Positions 1 through 12,051 of a DNA stretch of 64,000 bases are shown here, piece after piece. This DNA comes from Saccharolobus solfataricus P2 (GTDB lineage: Archaea; Thermoproteota; Thermoprotei_A; Sulfolobales; Sulfolobaceae). The notes under the pieces are model-generated. The model did no database searches, was not told the origin of the DNA, and was given only the letters and a program-made list of their open reading frames with translations. The DNA lies in NCBI RefSeq assembly GCF_000007005.1, contig NC_002754.1; one strand, written 5' to 3'. The translations under genes were made by a program, and so were the position numbers. Every line of letters starts with the position of its first letter. Position 1 is the stretch's first letter.

Positions 1-584
1 AAAACACACGAACTAGGCTCCACTGAAAGCTTTTCGCATGATATTATAAACGGCTCTAGATTAGGCTTTGGTCTAATACCCCCCTCTCCAGCTATCAATA
101 TCAAATCGAATTTATCTATTAAAGGAAAAGTTCTTAATCTACTACTTTTATTCCCGCCTTCTCCATCACTATTTGTAACTAGACCAAGTTTATATCCCTT
201 ACTATCTAGATATTCTATTATTTCCTTTGCATCTTCATAAGGTTCAGTTTGACTTGCAATTGACCAATACAAACTAGTCCAATCATAGAGCTGAGACTTA
301 TCTATGTGAACGATGTTTAATGATTTTAGAATATTTTCCCACCATTTATTTCTATTATACTCTCCTTGACTATCTAATTTCCGACTTTCCTCTTCTACTA
401 ATTTTCTAATTATATTTATGTTAATCTCTTGTTGATAATTTTCCTTTATGTAAGTATATATATCCTTACTTACTGCATCTAATGCCTCTTTCGCCTTAGA
501 ACTAAAGTCAACTAATGTATCATCAAAATCAAAAAGCACTGCCTTTACATTGTTAAATAATTTGTAATTAATTGACAATTTGAC

Positions 585-2795
585 TCACGACAAGAAATCT
601 TCCACTTTTGGCAATTCTTTAGGTAACCCTTTCCTCTCTCTAATCTTAGTAACTACATCCAGTAAGATACTATCTGGAACTGGAGCCCATCTGCTAAACT
701 CAGTACCCCAGAATGCTCTACCTCCAGTGGAACCTCTTAGCTCACTTGCCATATCATATGACTCCGAAACGGGGATCTCAGCAGTTATCCTAGACATGTT
801 AGCTATTTGAGAAACATCAAGGATTTTACCTCTTTTTCTAGTTATGACTGCAGTGACGTTGCCTATAAGATCTGCAGGTACTCTTATATCTAGTTTCTGT
901 ATTGGCTCTAGTAAAGTCGGCCTTGAAGTTAAGAATCCAGCAAATATAGAGTTTCTAACTGCAGGATATATCTGTGCTGGTCCTCTATGGGCTGGATCTT
1001 CGTGTATTACAGCATCATGTAGGATAACCTTAACTCCCCTAATTGGCTCATGAGCTAAAGGACCTTCTTTCATAGCTAACCTAAATCCTTGAAGTACTGT
1101 ATCCATAACTTCCCTCAAGTGCTGCACGCCACTAGTTAAATCTACAAACACGTTAACGTTTTCATCTATTGCAATAATCCTCTTAGCCTCATCATAGTCC
1201 CAACTGGCTTCATCTCTTAATATCTTTGCCATTTCTTTGCTATCCATATCCTCCCTTATCGTACCATTACTTATTAGCTCTATAGTCTTGTCATTCAAAG
1301 GCTCTACACTCAAATAGAACTTATTATGCTTATTTGGAGACTTCCCTTCAAATACTTGACTCTTGGCTCTTATACTTTCCCTATAAACAACAATTGGCGG
1401 AGTAGTAACTACATCAATACCGTAATTTTCACGTAATAATTGTAATGATACCTCCAAATGTAAGAAACCCATTCCAGATAGCAAGTATTCTCCAGTTTCT
1501 TCATTTATCTTAACCACTAAGTTTGGATCTTCGATACTAAGCTTCCTCAATGCATCAATCATCTTAGTTAAATCTTTAGGATTCTTAGGCTCTACAGCTA
1601 TAGTAACCACGGGCTCAGATATGTAATGTAATCTTTCAAAACTTCCTTGGACATTACTGAAACCAACAGAAATTGCTGTCTCTCCGGATCTGGCCCTGTC
1701 TAAACCTAATACTGCCGCAATATTGCCTGCTGGAATTTCCTCCGCAAGTTCTCTAGTTGGACCCATGTATAAGCTTACTTGAAGTATCCTCTGTGAAGTC
1801 TTAGCGTTAACTAACCATAATTCCTCACCAGATCTAAGGGTACCTGAGAATACTCTACCTGTTGCCACTAACCCTGCATGAGGATCAACCTTCATATCGG
1901 TTATCATAAATACTATGGGACCATTCGGATCAGCATTTAACATTGCTTTAGCTAATTCATTATCTAGATCCCCTTTCCAGATTTTTGGAATCCTATACTT
2001 CTGCGCTTCAATAGGATTAGGAACGAACTTTATAGCAGCATCTAATAATGCTTCATTAATGGGAGCTTGTGCGGCTAATTCTTCAAGTTTAGACTTATCA
2101 GAAGCAGTGTACGCATCAATAACATTCTTCATATTAATTCCTTTTTTCTGTGCCATAGGTAAACTAAATCCCCATTTATCTTTTGCAGACCCAAATATCA
2201 CATTTCCAGCTTGTGGATTAATCATCCATTTTTCTTTAAATTCCGGTTCTCCATACATATCAATTAAATTATTAACTTGTCTAATTATATCTAATAACCT
2301 ATTTAACATTTCTTGGGGACTTAACTTTAGTTCCTTTACTAATCTATCTACTTTGTTTATAAATAGAATTGGTCTAACTCTCTCTTCTAAACTTTGCCTC
2401 AATACTGTCTCAGTTTGTGTCATAATTCCTTCTACTGCATCTACAACTACTATCGAACCATCTAAAACCCTTAGACTTCTTGTAACTCTTCCGCTGAAAT
2501 CAACGTGCCCAGGAGTATCAATTAGATTAATGACGTAACCTTTACCCTCCGCTTCGTGATATAAACTAATGTTAGCAGCCTTTACTGTTATACCTCTCTG
2601 TTGCTCTACGTTTAAATAATCTAAAGCCAAAGCTTCGCCGGCTACTTTAGGAGATATTATACCTGATGCTGCCAGTAACGTATCGCTAGTTGTGGTTTTT
2701 CCGTGATCCACATGAGCAATTATACCTATATTTCTAACTCTTGTTCTATCTTTCATTAGGCTTAGAACTTGCTCTACTGTCTTATATCTAGGCAA
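585..2795 (-). CDS. fusA: Translation elongation factor aEF-2
   Basis: 736 aa; G1 [14 protein letters not shown] and NKVD GTPase motifs; diphthamide loop HEDPAHRG. Confidence 0.98.
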   Translation of the reverse strand: MPRYKTVEQVLSLMKDRTRVRNIGIIAHVDHGKTTTSDTLLAASGIISPKVAGEALALDYLNVEQQRGITVKAANISLYHEAEGKGYVINLIDTPGHVDFSGRVTRSLRVLDGSIVVVDAVEGIMTQTETVLRQSLEERVRPILFINKVDRLVKELKLSPQEMLNRLLDIIRQVNNLIDMYGEPEFKEKWMINPQAGNVIFGSAKDKWGFSLPMAQKKGINMKNVIDAYTASDKSKLEELAAQAPINEALLDAAIKFVPNPIEAQKYRIPKIWKGDLDNELAKAMLNADPNGPIVFMITDMKVDPHAGLVATGRVFSGTLRSGEELWLVNAKTSQRILQVSLYMGPTRELAEEIPAGNIAAVLGLDRARSGETAISVGFSNVQGSFERLHYISEPVVTIAVEPKNPKDLTKMIDALRKLSIEDPNLVVKINEETGEYLLSGMGFLHLEVSLQLLRENYGIDVVTTPPIVVYRESIRAKSQVFEGKSPNKHNKFYLSVEPLNDKTIELISNGTIREDMDSKEMAKILRDEASWDYDEAKRIIAIDENVNVFVDLTSGVQHLREVMDTVLQGFRLAMKEGPLAHEPIRGVKVILHDAVIHEDPAHRGPAQIYPAVRNSIFAGFLTSRPTLLEPIQKLDIRVPADLIGNVTAVITRKRGKILDVSQIANMSRITAEIPVSESYDMASELRGSTGGRAFWGTEFSRWAPVPDSILLDVVTKIRERKGLPKELPKVEDFLS

Positions 2796-2873
2796 ATGAA
2801 ATCACCAACTTCTTGCACTTAAACTTATTTAGACCCATATTAAAAGGTAATGCTAAAAAAGAGACTAAAAAAT

Positions 2874-3575
2874 CTAAAGGAAATCAAATAAAGAGGTAGT
2901 TTTCTTACTATCATTATCTAAGTTAGTTTTAGAATAATGCGTCCTTAAAATTTTATAAATATCTTCAGCTTTTTTCCTACTACCTAGTGCTTTTTCCAGT
3001 TCTGATATAGATGCATTGCAAATATTCTGTATAGTTCCAAACTTAAGTAGTAGCCTTTCGGCTAGGATAGAACCAACATTAGGAAAAGACTCTACAATGT
3101 AAAGTTGTATATCAGAAACACTTTCCAATTTAGCCTTATTATGTAAACTAATTCGATTACTCTTGTTTTCACCAAATTGGAATTTTTCAGCTATTTTTTT
3201 CAAAACTTCTGCCGTATCTTTTTTGTCCCTAGAATAAAACACTTTAACATCATAATCAATTGTAGCAGAAATTAACGCATTGTTAATTGCTCTCCACTTT
3301 TCAGTTATCTTCCTAATATCATTAATATCGCCCTCTACGAGTAATATTGGAAAACGATAAACCTCTGAAAGCCTGCTAATTTGGTCAAAAAACCTTTTGT
3401 CAAAAACTGAATTTACTAGATCATTTACTGATTTCCTCTCTACTGCAACATCATCAGTTATTACATAATCAGCTACAGTAAGTTGAGAAAATATTACTGT
3501 AATTCCTAACTCCTTTAATAATTCTGGTATGCCACTAGCCTTTTCCCTATCATCAGCATAAATTCTAATTACCAT
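2874..3575 (-). CDS. xpf: Crenarchaeal short XPF/Rad1 structure-specific endonuclease
   Basis: ERCC4 motif ADYV...VERKS..D, C-terminal HhH2 (FPNVGSILAERLL), PIP-like C-terminus TSLFDFL. Confidence 0.93.
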   Translation of the reverse strand: MVIRIYADDREKASGIPELLKELGITVIFSQLTVADYVITDDVAVERKSVNDLVNSVFDKRFFDQISRLSEVYRFPILLVEGDINDIRKITEKWRAINNALISATIDYDVKVFYSRDKKDTAEVLKKIAEKFQFGENKSNRISLHNKAKLESVSDIQLYIVESFPNVGSILAERLLLKFGTIQNICNASISELEKALGSRKKAEDIYKILRTHYSKTNLDNDSKKTTSLFDFL

Positions 3576-3596
3576 AACACTAATAAGTTACTTTGC

Positions 3597-3977
3597 TTAA
3601 GCTTTTATACCTGTTTGGCCACCTTGCGGATAATACTTCGATAGCATGTCATTTATTTTAGCCTGCAAGTCTTCTAGTTGCTTTCTTAAAATACTTTCTT
3701 GCTTCTGATAAGTCCTCGATCTGAGTTCTAACAATTCCTTCCTATCATTAAGCTCCTTTTCTACTGATGTCTTATCTGACTTAACTAATAGATTCCCAAC
3801 AATCTTATAAATGGTTGCATCTGCATTGAGAACGGATAACTCTTCCAATACCTTATTTATCTCCCTTAACTCATTCTCTATGGTAGACTTTTCTAACAAT
3901 AATCTATCAAGCTGATCTTTTAACTGTTGAAACTTAGCTAGTTGAGCTTGAACTTCTGGAGGTAATTTCTCGGCCAC
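3597..3977 (-). CDS. pfdB: Prefoldin beta subunit
   Basis: Coiled coils flanking beta hairpin [11 protein letters not shown]; superoperon context. Confidence 0.93.
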
Positions 3978-4209
3978 TTTTTTCCACCTCTTCCAGTGAC
4001 TTTAGAATTGTATAGATCCAAAGTATATAAGAGTTCATTATAGCCCTAGCTCTTGTAATTGATGGTGCATCTATCTCAATCTGCAAAGGAGATTTCCTAA
4101 TTTTTACATATTTAGTATCTATCTTTTCAATTATTATTGAATTATATATAATTTCTTGTAGTTCGATCTTATTGGAATTATCTACATAGAGCGAAATCTG
4201 TATTTTCAC
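3934..4209 (-). CDS. pcc1: KEOPS subunit Pcc1
   Basis: 91 aa with [21 protein letters not shown] motif; position in superoperon. Confidence 0.82.
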
Positions 4210-4718
4210 GCTTCTAATATCATCTTCAAAAACTTAATATTTTTCGTAGTTAACATAAACAGAAGTTCACAAATATTGGTATGGATAAGCCTTGAGTTCA
4301 CAACAACGTCACAATTATTTGTTAAGTTGTACATATTCATATCAACTAGAAAATCCCTTAGAAAATCACATTCGTTTAGTTTTATGCACACATTACTATG
4401 CCCTTTTATCTGGTTTAATGATACGTTGTAGTCAGAAGGTAACGACAAACCACTTAATTTAAAAAAGTATTTTATAGAGAGGCTCTCTAAATCATAAACA
4501 ATTATCCTTAGTGGATTCCCATTCTTGGCTAATACGAACAATAAATATAATGCCCCTAAATTAATAGCCCTTTCAAATATTTCTATCTTACTTTTTTTAC
4601 CACGCGTAATTTTAACTGAATCTGGCAATACAAAAGTTAAAACATTTAAAAAATTTCTTGTCCTAATACTAGGGTCTCTAGACGAAGTTATAACTATTCT
4701 AGTACGGTGTATATGCAA
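4206..4718 (-). CDS. Brix-domain ribosome biogenesis protein
   Basis: N-terminal ITSSRDPSIRTRNF...RGKKS Brix signature; context. Confidence 0.85.
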   Translation of the reverse strand: MHIHRTRIVITSSRDPSIRTRNFLNVLTFVLPDSVKITRGKKSKIEIFERAINLGALYLLFVLAKNGNPLRIIVYDLESLSIKYFFKLSGLSLPSDYNVSLNQIKGHSNVCIKLNECDFLRDFLVDMNMYNLTNNCDVVVNSRLIHTNICELLFMLTTKNIKFLKMILEA

Positions 4719-4911
4719 GACCTGCCCACTTAGAATTACATTTCTTGCAATACCATATCCCGGAAGCTAACCTGATAACCTTACCGGTAGTCTTACAATA
4801 GGGACATTGATGTTCATCGTACCTCTTCTCCATTATTTCTTTCCACTTTTTCCTTAGAGTAGATCCATATCTAGCTCCGAACCTTCCCGAAATTCCCGTG
4901 ACTTTACCCAT
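4699..4911 (-). CDS. rpl37ae: Ribosomal protein L37Ae (eL43)
   Basis: GRFGARYG motif, CPYC...CKKC zinc ribbon; ATG at 4911 preferred over the ORF-track start at 4920. Confidence 0.95.
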   Translation of the reverse strand: MGKVTGISGRFGARYGSTLRKKWKEIMEKRYDEHQCPYCKTTGKVIRLASGIWYCKKCNSKWAGLAYTPY

Positions 4912-4927
4912 AATTGTCACCTAATAA

Positions 4928-5755
4928 TTAGATTCCTAGATGCTTTTTAAGTTCTTCTAAAAGCTTAACTGCTGTTGATCTTGCTGTATTCTCAGCTTGA
5001 TCAATGTCTTGTAAAGACATACTGCCCTTTCCACTCTTTTGAATCCCTACTATTTTTAGATCAGGAGTATAGGAAAAGGAAATTTTAGCATCCATTATTG
5101 ATTCTTCATCCAAATCTGGATCTACTACCAAATATTTATCAACTTTTGCTACAGAAATTGTAACTACTGGATAGTTCAATGGTAATTTTCCCACAACCTC
5201 ATTTTTATTAACGCTAATCCCGTTAGAATGTTGTTCTACCTTGTACACTTTAGTATTATACAATGCTGCAACTGAAGCTAACGTGCATGCGTCTAGTACA
5301 TTTCCACCATAATCCAATACATAAACATCTAGCCACACTGTCCATACGCTTTTACCTGGTTCTATCACAAGTTTAGTTAGATCTAAAGCTTTGGAATCTC
5401 TTAAACTTCTATCTACTACTCTAGCTAATTCAATTGCATTCTCATCTGGAGGTCCAGGCTCGAAGGTCTCATAAGCTAACGGTAAAAGTTCAACGTTCAC
5501 GATAAGGTTGCCTTGGTTAGGAGTATCTTCGTAAGGTTTGTCTATTTCGAGTTTGGTCCCAGCTAATACCATTGTTGTGCCTAACTTAACTAAAGCAGAA
5601 CCATCAGCTTTTTTTGCGTAATCTAGTGTTATCGAAAGAGGCCTATAATCCGTTAATTTTCTTCCATCTTGCCTAATGCCTTTCTCAAAAAGACTTACTA
5701 TACTTTCCTTTTTAATTATAGGTATAATATTCTGGTTTGATGGAGTAGAAGACAA
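4928..5755 (-). CDS. rrp42: Exosome subunit Rrp42
   Basis: RNase PH fold, RQDGRKLTDYR, non-catalytic subunit type; next to rrp41. Confidence 0.96.
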   Translation of the reverse strand: MSSTPSNQNIIPIIKKESIVSLFEKGIRQDGRKLTDYRPLSITLDYAKKADGSALVKLGTTMVLAGTKLEIDKPYEDTPNQGNLIVNVELLPLAYETFEPGPPDENAIELARVVDRSLRDSKALDLTKLVIEPGKSVWTVWLDVYVLDYGGNVLDACTLASVAALYNTKVYKVEQHSNGISVNKNEVVGKLPLNYPVVTISVAKVDKYLVVDPDLDEESIMDAKISFSYTPDLKIVGIQKSGKGSMSLQDIDQAENTARSTAVKLLEELKKHLGI

Positions 5756-5757
5756 CG

Positions 5758-6504
5758 CTATACACCCTCTTCTTTAAACTCTACATACTTACTTTTTAGA
5801 GCCTCTCTCTCTAAATTATATATTATATTTATACCCTTAACTGCTAGATCAAAAGCTTGCCTAAACTCATCTGGTGTCATACTACCATTTAGTTGAAATA
5901 ACGTTACTTGGTTTAAAGATGGCATCATTGCAATAGGCATGTCAGCCTCTCCCCACATATCCTCGGTTTCATTTAAATCTAGAATTATTACACCATCAGC
6001 CTTCCCTACAGCCACTCCAGCTATTAAATCCCTCATAGGAATTCCAGCATCTGCTAGTGCTAAGGAGGCGGCCATTAATGAAACTAATCTGGATCCAGCA
6101 TCTGCTTGTAATATTTCAGTAAATACATCTATAGCAGTTCTAGGAAACAGCTCTACTAAAACTGCTGATTCTAAAGCCTCTCTTATAACCTTAGAAAGCT
6201 CAATCTCTCTTCTGCTAGGTGCTGGATTCTTTCTCTCATCCGTAGAGAATGGTGTCATGTGATATCTCACTCTAAGTACTGCCCTATCTGGAAGAGATAG
6301 GTGCCTTGGATGCATCTCCTTAGGACCGTAAACTGCAGCTATAGCCTTCGTATTTCCCATTTCAAAAATTGCCGAGCCATCAGCATTTTTGAGAACACCT
6401 AATTCTATCTTTATACTTCTTAATTCATCTGGCTTTCTACCATCTGTTCGCTTTCCATCATCAAGAATTAGTTTTGGTCTCTCCACTTGAAGCATTTCTC
6501 TCAC
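5758..6504 (-). CDS. rrp41: Exosome catalytic subunit Rrp41
   Basis: [18 protein letters not shown] phosphate-binding motif, DLNETED. Confidence 0.97.
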   Translation of the reverse strand: MREMLQVERPKLILDDGKRTDGRKPDELRSIKIELGVLKNADGSAIFEMGNTKAIAAVYGPKEMHPRHLSLPDRAVLRVRYHMTPFSTDERKNPAPSRREIELSKVIREALESAVLVELFPRTAIDVFTEILQADAGSRLVSLMAASLALADAGIPMRDLIAGVAVGKADGVIILDLNETEDMWGEADMPIAMMPSLNQVTLFQLNGSMTPDEFRQAFDLAVKGINIIYNLEREALKSKYVEFKEEGV

Positions 6505-7210
6505 CTAATTTTTCCTCAATGAATTGTTTTATTCTATCTGTTAATCCTTTTATATGTGACTCATTCTCGATCTTCCTAATTGCCTCAATTAAAATTTCTT
6601 CAGAAAAGCGTGAAGGGCAAGTAGCCCATATCCTACCATTGTTAGCAACAAAAATACTACATCCGCTTTTTGAGGTTAAGGTCTCATACATACTTTTATT
6701 CTTACCTATAACGCGTGGGACTTTAACTGGCATTATATCGATGACTATACCATTACTTACACGCCCTAGATCCTTGCCTTTAACGGATAAGACGGGATCT
6801 ATTGACCTATCAAAATTTTCAATTCTAGCTATAACATAGTCACCTACATCTAAATATCTCCTTAAGTCCTCTCCAACATTAATAGACCTCCCTAAAAGAT
6901 TTGAAGCTGGTAAGTAAGCCTTATAAGGTGCTTTTATATCAACCACCCAGCCATAGATCTCAACGTCCTCCACTAAACCTATTACTATGTCATTAATCTT
7001 AGGATAATAAAACGAGCCTTCCAAGGGAATTACCTCAAATTGAGTATCTTTTACATCAAAAAGCCCAACAACTGTGGAGTAGTATTTGCTGTTAATCTTT
7101 AGTATATAAGGAGACCAAGGAATCTGAAATTCGCCTTCTGCTAATAACTCACCAGGAACTACTATTGACCTTGGCTGTAAGACAATTTTCTGGGACTGAC
7201 TCATGTTCAT
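6461..7210 (-). CDS. rrp4: Exosome cap subunit Rrp4
   Basis: VVPGE N-terminus, S1 domain, KH domain [11 protein letters not shown]. Confidence 0.95.
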   Translation of the reverse strand: MNMSQSQKIVLQPRSIVVPGELLAEGEFQIPWSPYILKINSKYYSTVVGLFDVKDTQFEVIPLEGSFYYPKINDIVIGLVEDVEIYGWVVDIKAPYKAYLPASNLLGRSINVGEDLRRYLDVGDYVIARIENFDRSIDPVLSVKGKDLGRVSNGIVIDIMPVKVPRVIGKNKSMYETLTSKSGCSIFVANNGRIWATCPSRFSEEILIEAIRKIENESHIKGLTDRIKQFIEEKLGERNASSGETKTNS

Positions 7211-7908
7211 CTCACTTGCAATACTTTAACTTCAACTTCTCCTTTTGTAAGACTATTTAACTTATCTATAACGTCTTGCTGTGCACCGGCAGGTATTTCC
7301 AATTCCGCAAGTAGCGTACCATCTTCTAACCAATTGGCCTTTTTTACCTCCCCTAAGTTATGCAATTGAGATTTAACCTTAGAGCTATATTCTGATGGTA
7401 CTTTAATACTAAGCAAAGCCCTTGCTATTTTAATTGGAATTATCTTAGAAATCTCCTTTACTATTTGCATAGCTTGTGCTTCCACGTCTTTGTTTAAATC
7501 GATTTGTATTCTAGCTTGTTCCATTGCCATCTCTAATCTGGTTGGCGGAATTGGCAAATTAGTTTTTGGATCAACTGCGTTCCTATGAATAAAATCAATT
7601 ATTTGCTTTCTCTTAGTTTCTAGCATTTCTTTCCTTTGTTCTGCAGTTACTGGTAATTCACCTTTAAGTAAAATTTCTTTTACAATTGTCTCGAAATCGG
7701 TAGTACCAAAAACTTTTTTAAGTGATGCTGGAGACGCTTTTAAACCTTTCTTTACGTCCTTATAAATAGTATCAGAAACCACTACATCAGAAAGACTTAT
7801 GCTCTTCCCACTTCTAAAAGCTAATGCTTCTTTTGGCTTAGCTAATATCTCAAACCTCTCTCCATGTGACTCATATTTAACTATTACATAATCACGCTCC
7901 TTCGTCAT
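7207..7908 (-). CDS. Ribosome maturation factor SBDS/Sdo1
   Basis: GERFEIL and [12 protein letters not shown] signatures. Confidence 0.95.
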   Translation of the reverse strand: MTKERDYVIVKYESHGERFEILAKPKEALAFRSGKSISLSDVVVSDTIYKDVKKGLKASPASLKKVFGTTDFETIVKEILLKGELPVTAEQRKEMLETKRKQIIDFIHRNAVDPKTNLPIPPTRLEMAMEQARIQIDLNKDVEAQAMQIVKEISKIIPIKIARALLSIKVPSEYSSKVKSQLHNLGEVKKANWLEDGTLLAELEIPAGAQQDVIDKLNSLTKGEVEVKVLQVR

Positions 7909-7925
7909 GAAAAAAATCCACCTTA

Positions 7926-8651
7926 TTATAACTTCTGTAAATACATATTCTTATCTTCATTAGTCATTTTCAGAAATAACCCAGTCTGGGTTGAGGCATA
8001 TCCTATTTCCACAGTATTTGGAGTTAACTTTTCATTAGGCTTTAGAGTAGCCGATAAGGCCTTTAAAGCAAGCAATATAGTCTCTTCCACATTCAAATCC
8101 TCCTTATAATTCTTCTCTAAAAACTCAGTAGCTGTATAGTAACCCTGCCCTATTGCAACAGCTTGATATGGCATATATTGCCCACTAGGTTCAGTCATAA
8201 ATAATTTAGGAACTGATTTATCTATTCCCGCAATTACTAGGGCAACGCCAAATGGTCTAACTCCTCCATGTTGTGTATACATTTGCTTAACATCAGCAAC
8301 TGATTTGGTTAGATAATCAATGCTAACTGGTTCATCATATATTAACCTGTGTTGTAATGCTATATTCCTTGCATAGTCTATTAAAACTCTTCCATCAGAA
8401 GCTAATCCAGCAAAACTGCACCCTACGTGATCGTCGATTAAAAATACTTTCTCTATGCTATCTACATCTAGTAAAGATTGAGCTTTCCTTTTCTCACTTG
8501 CAATAACAACACTAGACTTTGATTTAATACCAATTGCTGTCCATCCCTTTTTTACAGCTTCAAATGCATAGTCTACTTGATATAGTGATCCGTCGGGCGA
8601 GAATATGGTTATTGCCCTATCATATCCCATAGCGGCTGGTCCGAACGCCAT
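7926..8651 (-). CDS. psmA: Proteasome alpha subunit
   Basis: [20 protein letters not shown] alpha signature, RPFGVA. Confidence 0.97.
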   Translation of the reverse strand: MAFGPAAMGYDRAITIFSPDGSLYQVDYAFEAVKKGWTAIGIKSKSSVVIASEKRKAQSLLDVDSIEKVFLIDDHVGCSFAGLASDGRVLIDYARNIALQHRLIYDEPVSIDYLTKSVADVKQMYTQHGGVRPFGVALVIAGIDKSVPKLFMTEPSGQYMPYQAVAIGQGYYTATEFLEKNYKEDLNVEETILLALKALSATLKPNEKLTPNTVEIGYASTQTGLFLKMTNEDKNMYLQKL

Positions 8652-8699
8652 ATACTATTCACTCATGAAATACTGAGTAATCCCTAATTTTAAAAATAT

Positions 8700-8756
8700 C
8701 GTTCAGCTCGTCGCAGAGAACATCATCGATACAGTCCGGAGCGGCTTCATCACTTT
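8700..8756 (-). ncRNA. Box C/D methylation-guide sRNA in the rnp2-psmA intergenic region
   Basis: Minus strand GTGATGA-AGCCGCTCCGGA-CTGT(D')-ATCG-ATGATG(C')-TTCTCTGCGACGAG-CTGA(D); box C overlaps the rnp2 stop codon. Confidence 0.75.
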
Positions 8757-9181
8757 AATCCGATTAGTTTTTTCGCCTTTTTTAAGCTACCGGTTGTCCT
8801 TCTAGGAACTATTAGAATTTTATTATTATTAATTTCCTTAGCAAAGGGTAAACTAGCTAAAACTGCCTTGTAACCTACCCTATTAGTGGATATAATTCCT
8901 TCTTGAGTATCTTCTCGATAGGTAACAACTTTGGGGTTTGCAATGTTAAGCCACACACTACCTAATAAGTCCTTCAAGGAGTTGCGAATAACTCTCTCTA
9001 AATCATCGCCTTTTACTTTATATTCAGAGATTACATAAAATACTATATACCTTTTAGCTCTTATTATTTTCTTATTTTTTACAATATCAACATTTAATTG
9101 TCTTCTTTTAAAATATAATACAGTTAATATAAGAATCCATAATATTAATATAATGTCAATTATTAATTGAATTGAGTTCAT
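8750..9181 (-). CDS. rnp2: RNase P protein Pop5/Rpp14 family
   Basis: KRYIVF and RTTGSLKKA motifs; hydrophobic N-terminal extension. Confidence 0.88.
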   Translation of the reverse strand: MNSIQLIIDIILILWILILTVLYFKRRQLNVDIVKNKKIIRAKRYIVFYVISEYKVKGDDLERVIRNSLKDLLGSVWLNIANPKVVTYREDTQEGIISTNRVGYKAVLASLPFAKEINNNKILIVPRRTTGSLKKAKKLIGLK

Positions 9182-9716
9182 TCAACAACTTTATGGGATT
9201 TATTATAACAAACTTATAAGCTTCCTCTTCATCAGCTCCCAGTACAGTCAAATAACTTATTTTGGAGATTGGACTCCAGATTTCATCAAAAGAGCTTGCA
9301 TACGAGGAGAAAATAATATTAGGTATCCATTTATATGCAAACAGTATAGCGTTATATAATAACCCGCTAGAAGATTTAAGGGAAATCTCAACAAATTTGC
9401 CATAAGATCTTAACAGATTTAGCATGCTTTTCTTAAATATTCTAATATTATCATCATCTAATACCACAGCATTAACCCTCTTATTGATAACAGCGTACTT
9501 TAAGGCATCTATTGAAAGGGGTTTTACAAAAACCAAAACTTCCTTACTAACAAATTGCTTCTTAAACGCCTTTTTCAGTTGATTTCCATTTTCTACTTTT
9601 ATAGTAACTCTTTTTATACCAACTAAACCATCTTCACTAAAAATCGTATTATAACCTAGCCTTTTTGCATAAGGAAACAGCTTAGAGTTTAGAATGCATG
9701 ATTCGACTATTAACAA
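9156..9716 (-). CDS. rnp3: RNase P protein Rpp30
   Basis: TIM-barrel-like pattern, FVEISL and SSYAS...EIWSP; conserved position next to pop5. Confidence 0.8.
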   Translation of the reverse strand: MLIVESCILNSKLFPYAKRLGYNTIFSEDGLVGIKRVTIKVENGNQLKKAFKKQFVSKEVLVFVKPLSIDALKYAVINKRVNAVVLDDDNIRIFKKSMLNLLRSYGKFVEISLKSSSGLLYNAILFAYKWIPNIIFSSYASSFDEIWSPISKISYLTVLGADEEEAYKFVIINPIKLLNELNSINN

Positions 9717-10131
9717 GTTTCTTTATCTCCTCCTTTATATTCTCCAAGGAAGTATTAAACGAAATTATACATTTAATGACATCATCGCCCTCTTTAAGAA
9801 CAAGTCTATGCTCAGCAATTAAATATTGTTTATCGAATCTCAAATATAACTTACTTCCATCTATATGAGAATCTATAGTTGTAAGAATAAGCATTAGTTC
9901 TGATGTTTCAATTTTCTCCAATATTATTTTAAAAAATTGCTCCCCACTCTTCCTATCAAATCTGTATTCCAATATAATTATTTTATTACCGTAATGACCT
10001 TGAGCAGTTGTAACATTTTTCTTTGAGTTAGAGATAAGAGGAGAGAAAAAACTCTCTATAGTATTTACTATTTTATTGTAATCCTCAGTCTCATGAATAA
10101 AAACTGAAATTATTGCTTGATTTATTTTCAT
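9682..10131 (-). CDS. DUF54-type RNA-binding protein
   Basis: HETED, GHYGN, LYLRFDKQ motifs; lies between rpl15e and rpp30. Confidence 0.8.
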   Translation of the reverse strand: MKINQAIISVFIHETEDYNKIVNTIESFFSPLISNSKKNVTTAQGHYGNKIIILEYRFDRKSGEQFFKIILEKIETSELMLILTTIDSHIDGSKLYLRFDKQYLIAEHRLVLKEGDDVIKCIISFNTSLENIKEEIKKLVNSRIMHSKL

Positions 10132-10133
10132 AC

Positions 10134-10787
<654 letters not shown>

Positions 10788-10824
10788 TTCTCAAAATACT
10801 ATGCTAAGCATCTAATTAATAAAT

Positions 10825-12051
10825 GTGTCCACTAAATCAGAACATATGATTACCATTGGAATTATAGGAAAGACCAATGTGGGTAAAAGTACGTTTTTTG
10901 CAGCAGCAACGCTAAAAGATGTGGAAATAGCTAATAGACCATTTGTAACTATAAATCCAAATGAAGGCATAGGATATGTAAAAGTAAAATGCGCTCATAC
11001 TGAATTCAATGTGAAGTGTAATCCAAAAAATTCTATATGTATTGAAGATTACAGATTCATACCAGTAAAACTAGTAGATGTAGCTGGATTAATACCTGGC
11101 GCTCATGAAGGAAGAGGATTAGGAAATAAATTCTTGGATGATTTACGTCAAGCTGATGCACTAATACACGTAATCGACGCAAGTGGGTCCACAAATGAAG
11201 AGGGCGTCCCAGTAGAGCCCGGATCTAGAGACCCTGAAGAGGATATAAAATTTATAGAAAGTGAGCTAGATGAATGGTTTTATTCAATTATTAATAAAGA
11301 TTGGGCTAAATTTGCCAGAACATCAGATTTATCTGGAAAAGATCTAGTAGACGCGTTATTAAGCAAACTATCCGGAGTATCTGTAAATAGATCACACATT
11401 ATTGAGACTTTAAAAGTTACAAAATTGGAAAACCTAAAATTAATGCAGTGGACGGAACAAGATCTAAGAGTATTTGCTAAAACTTTACGATCAGTAAGTA
11501 AACCTATGATAATTGCTGCGAACAAGAGCGATCTACCGCAAGCTAGAAATAACATTAGGAGATTAAAAGAGAAATACAAGTGGGCTATTCCAACTAGTGC
11601 AGCATCAGAAATGGCTCTACGGAAAGCCGCAAAAGCTGGAATAATATCTTACATTCCCGGAGATAGTGATTTTACCATACTTAAACCATTAAACGAGAAA
11701 CAAAAGAGCGCTCTAGAATATATTAGAACTAGTGTACTACAAGTATATGGAAGCACTGGAGTTCAGCAAGCAATAAATACAGCAATCTTTGATGCGTTAA
11801 ACATGATTGTAACATATCCAGTTGAAGATGAGAGAAAACTAACTGACAAAAATGGAAATGTTTTGCCAGACGCAATACTCTTAAAGAAAGGGTCTACTCC
11901 AAAAGATTTAGCTAATGCCATACATACGGAACTAGCTAAAGGTTTCTTATACGCTATTGATGTGAAAAGAAAAATGAGAGTGGGAGAGAATTATCAACTA
12001 CAGAATAATGATGTAATAAAGATTGTTTCAAGTACCGCTAGACCTTCTTAG
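10825..12051 (+). CDS. Obg-family YchF-like NTPase with C-terminal TGS domain
   Basis: GKTNVGKST, DVAGL, ANKSD; TGS motif AIHTEL. Confidence 0.9.
   Translation: MSTKSEHMITIGIIGKTNVGKSTFFAAATLKDVEIANRPFVTINPNEGIGYVKVKCAHTEFNVKCNPKNSICIEDYRFIPVKLVDVAGLIPGAHEGRGLGNKFLDDLRQADALIHVIDASGSTNEEGVPVEPGSRDPEEDIKFIESELDEWFYSIINKDWAKFARTSDLSGKDLVDALLSKLSGVSVNRSHIIETLKVTKLENLKLMQWTEQDLRVFAKTLRSVSKPMIIAANKSDLPQARNNIRRLKEKYKWAIPTSAASEMALRKAAKAGIISYIPGDSDFTILKPLNEKQKSALEYIRTSVLQVYGSTGVQQAINTAIFDALNMIVTYPVEDERKLTDKNGNVLPDAILLKKGSTPKDLANAIHTELAKGFLYAIDVKRKMRVGENYQLQNNDVIKIVSSTARPS

Noticed and set aside
1-420. Partial minus-strand ORF (HAD-like hydrolase) at the window edge
   Set aside because: Not in the ORF track and incomplete; not enough sequence to call confidently.
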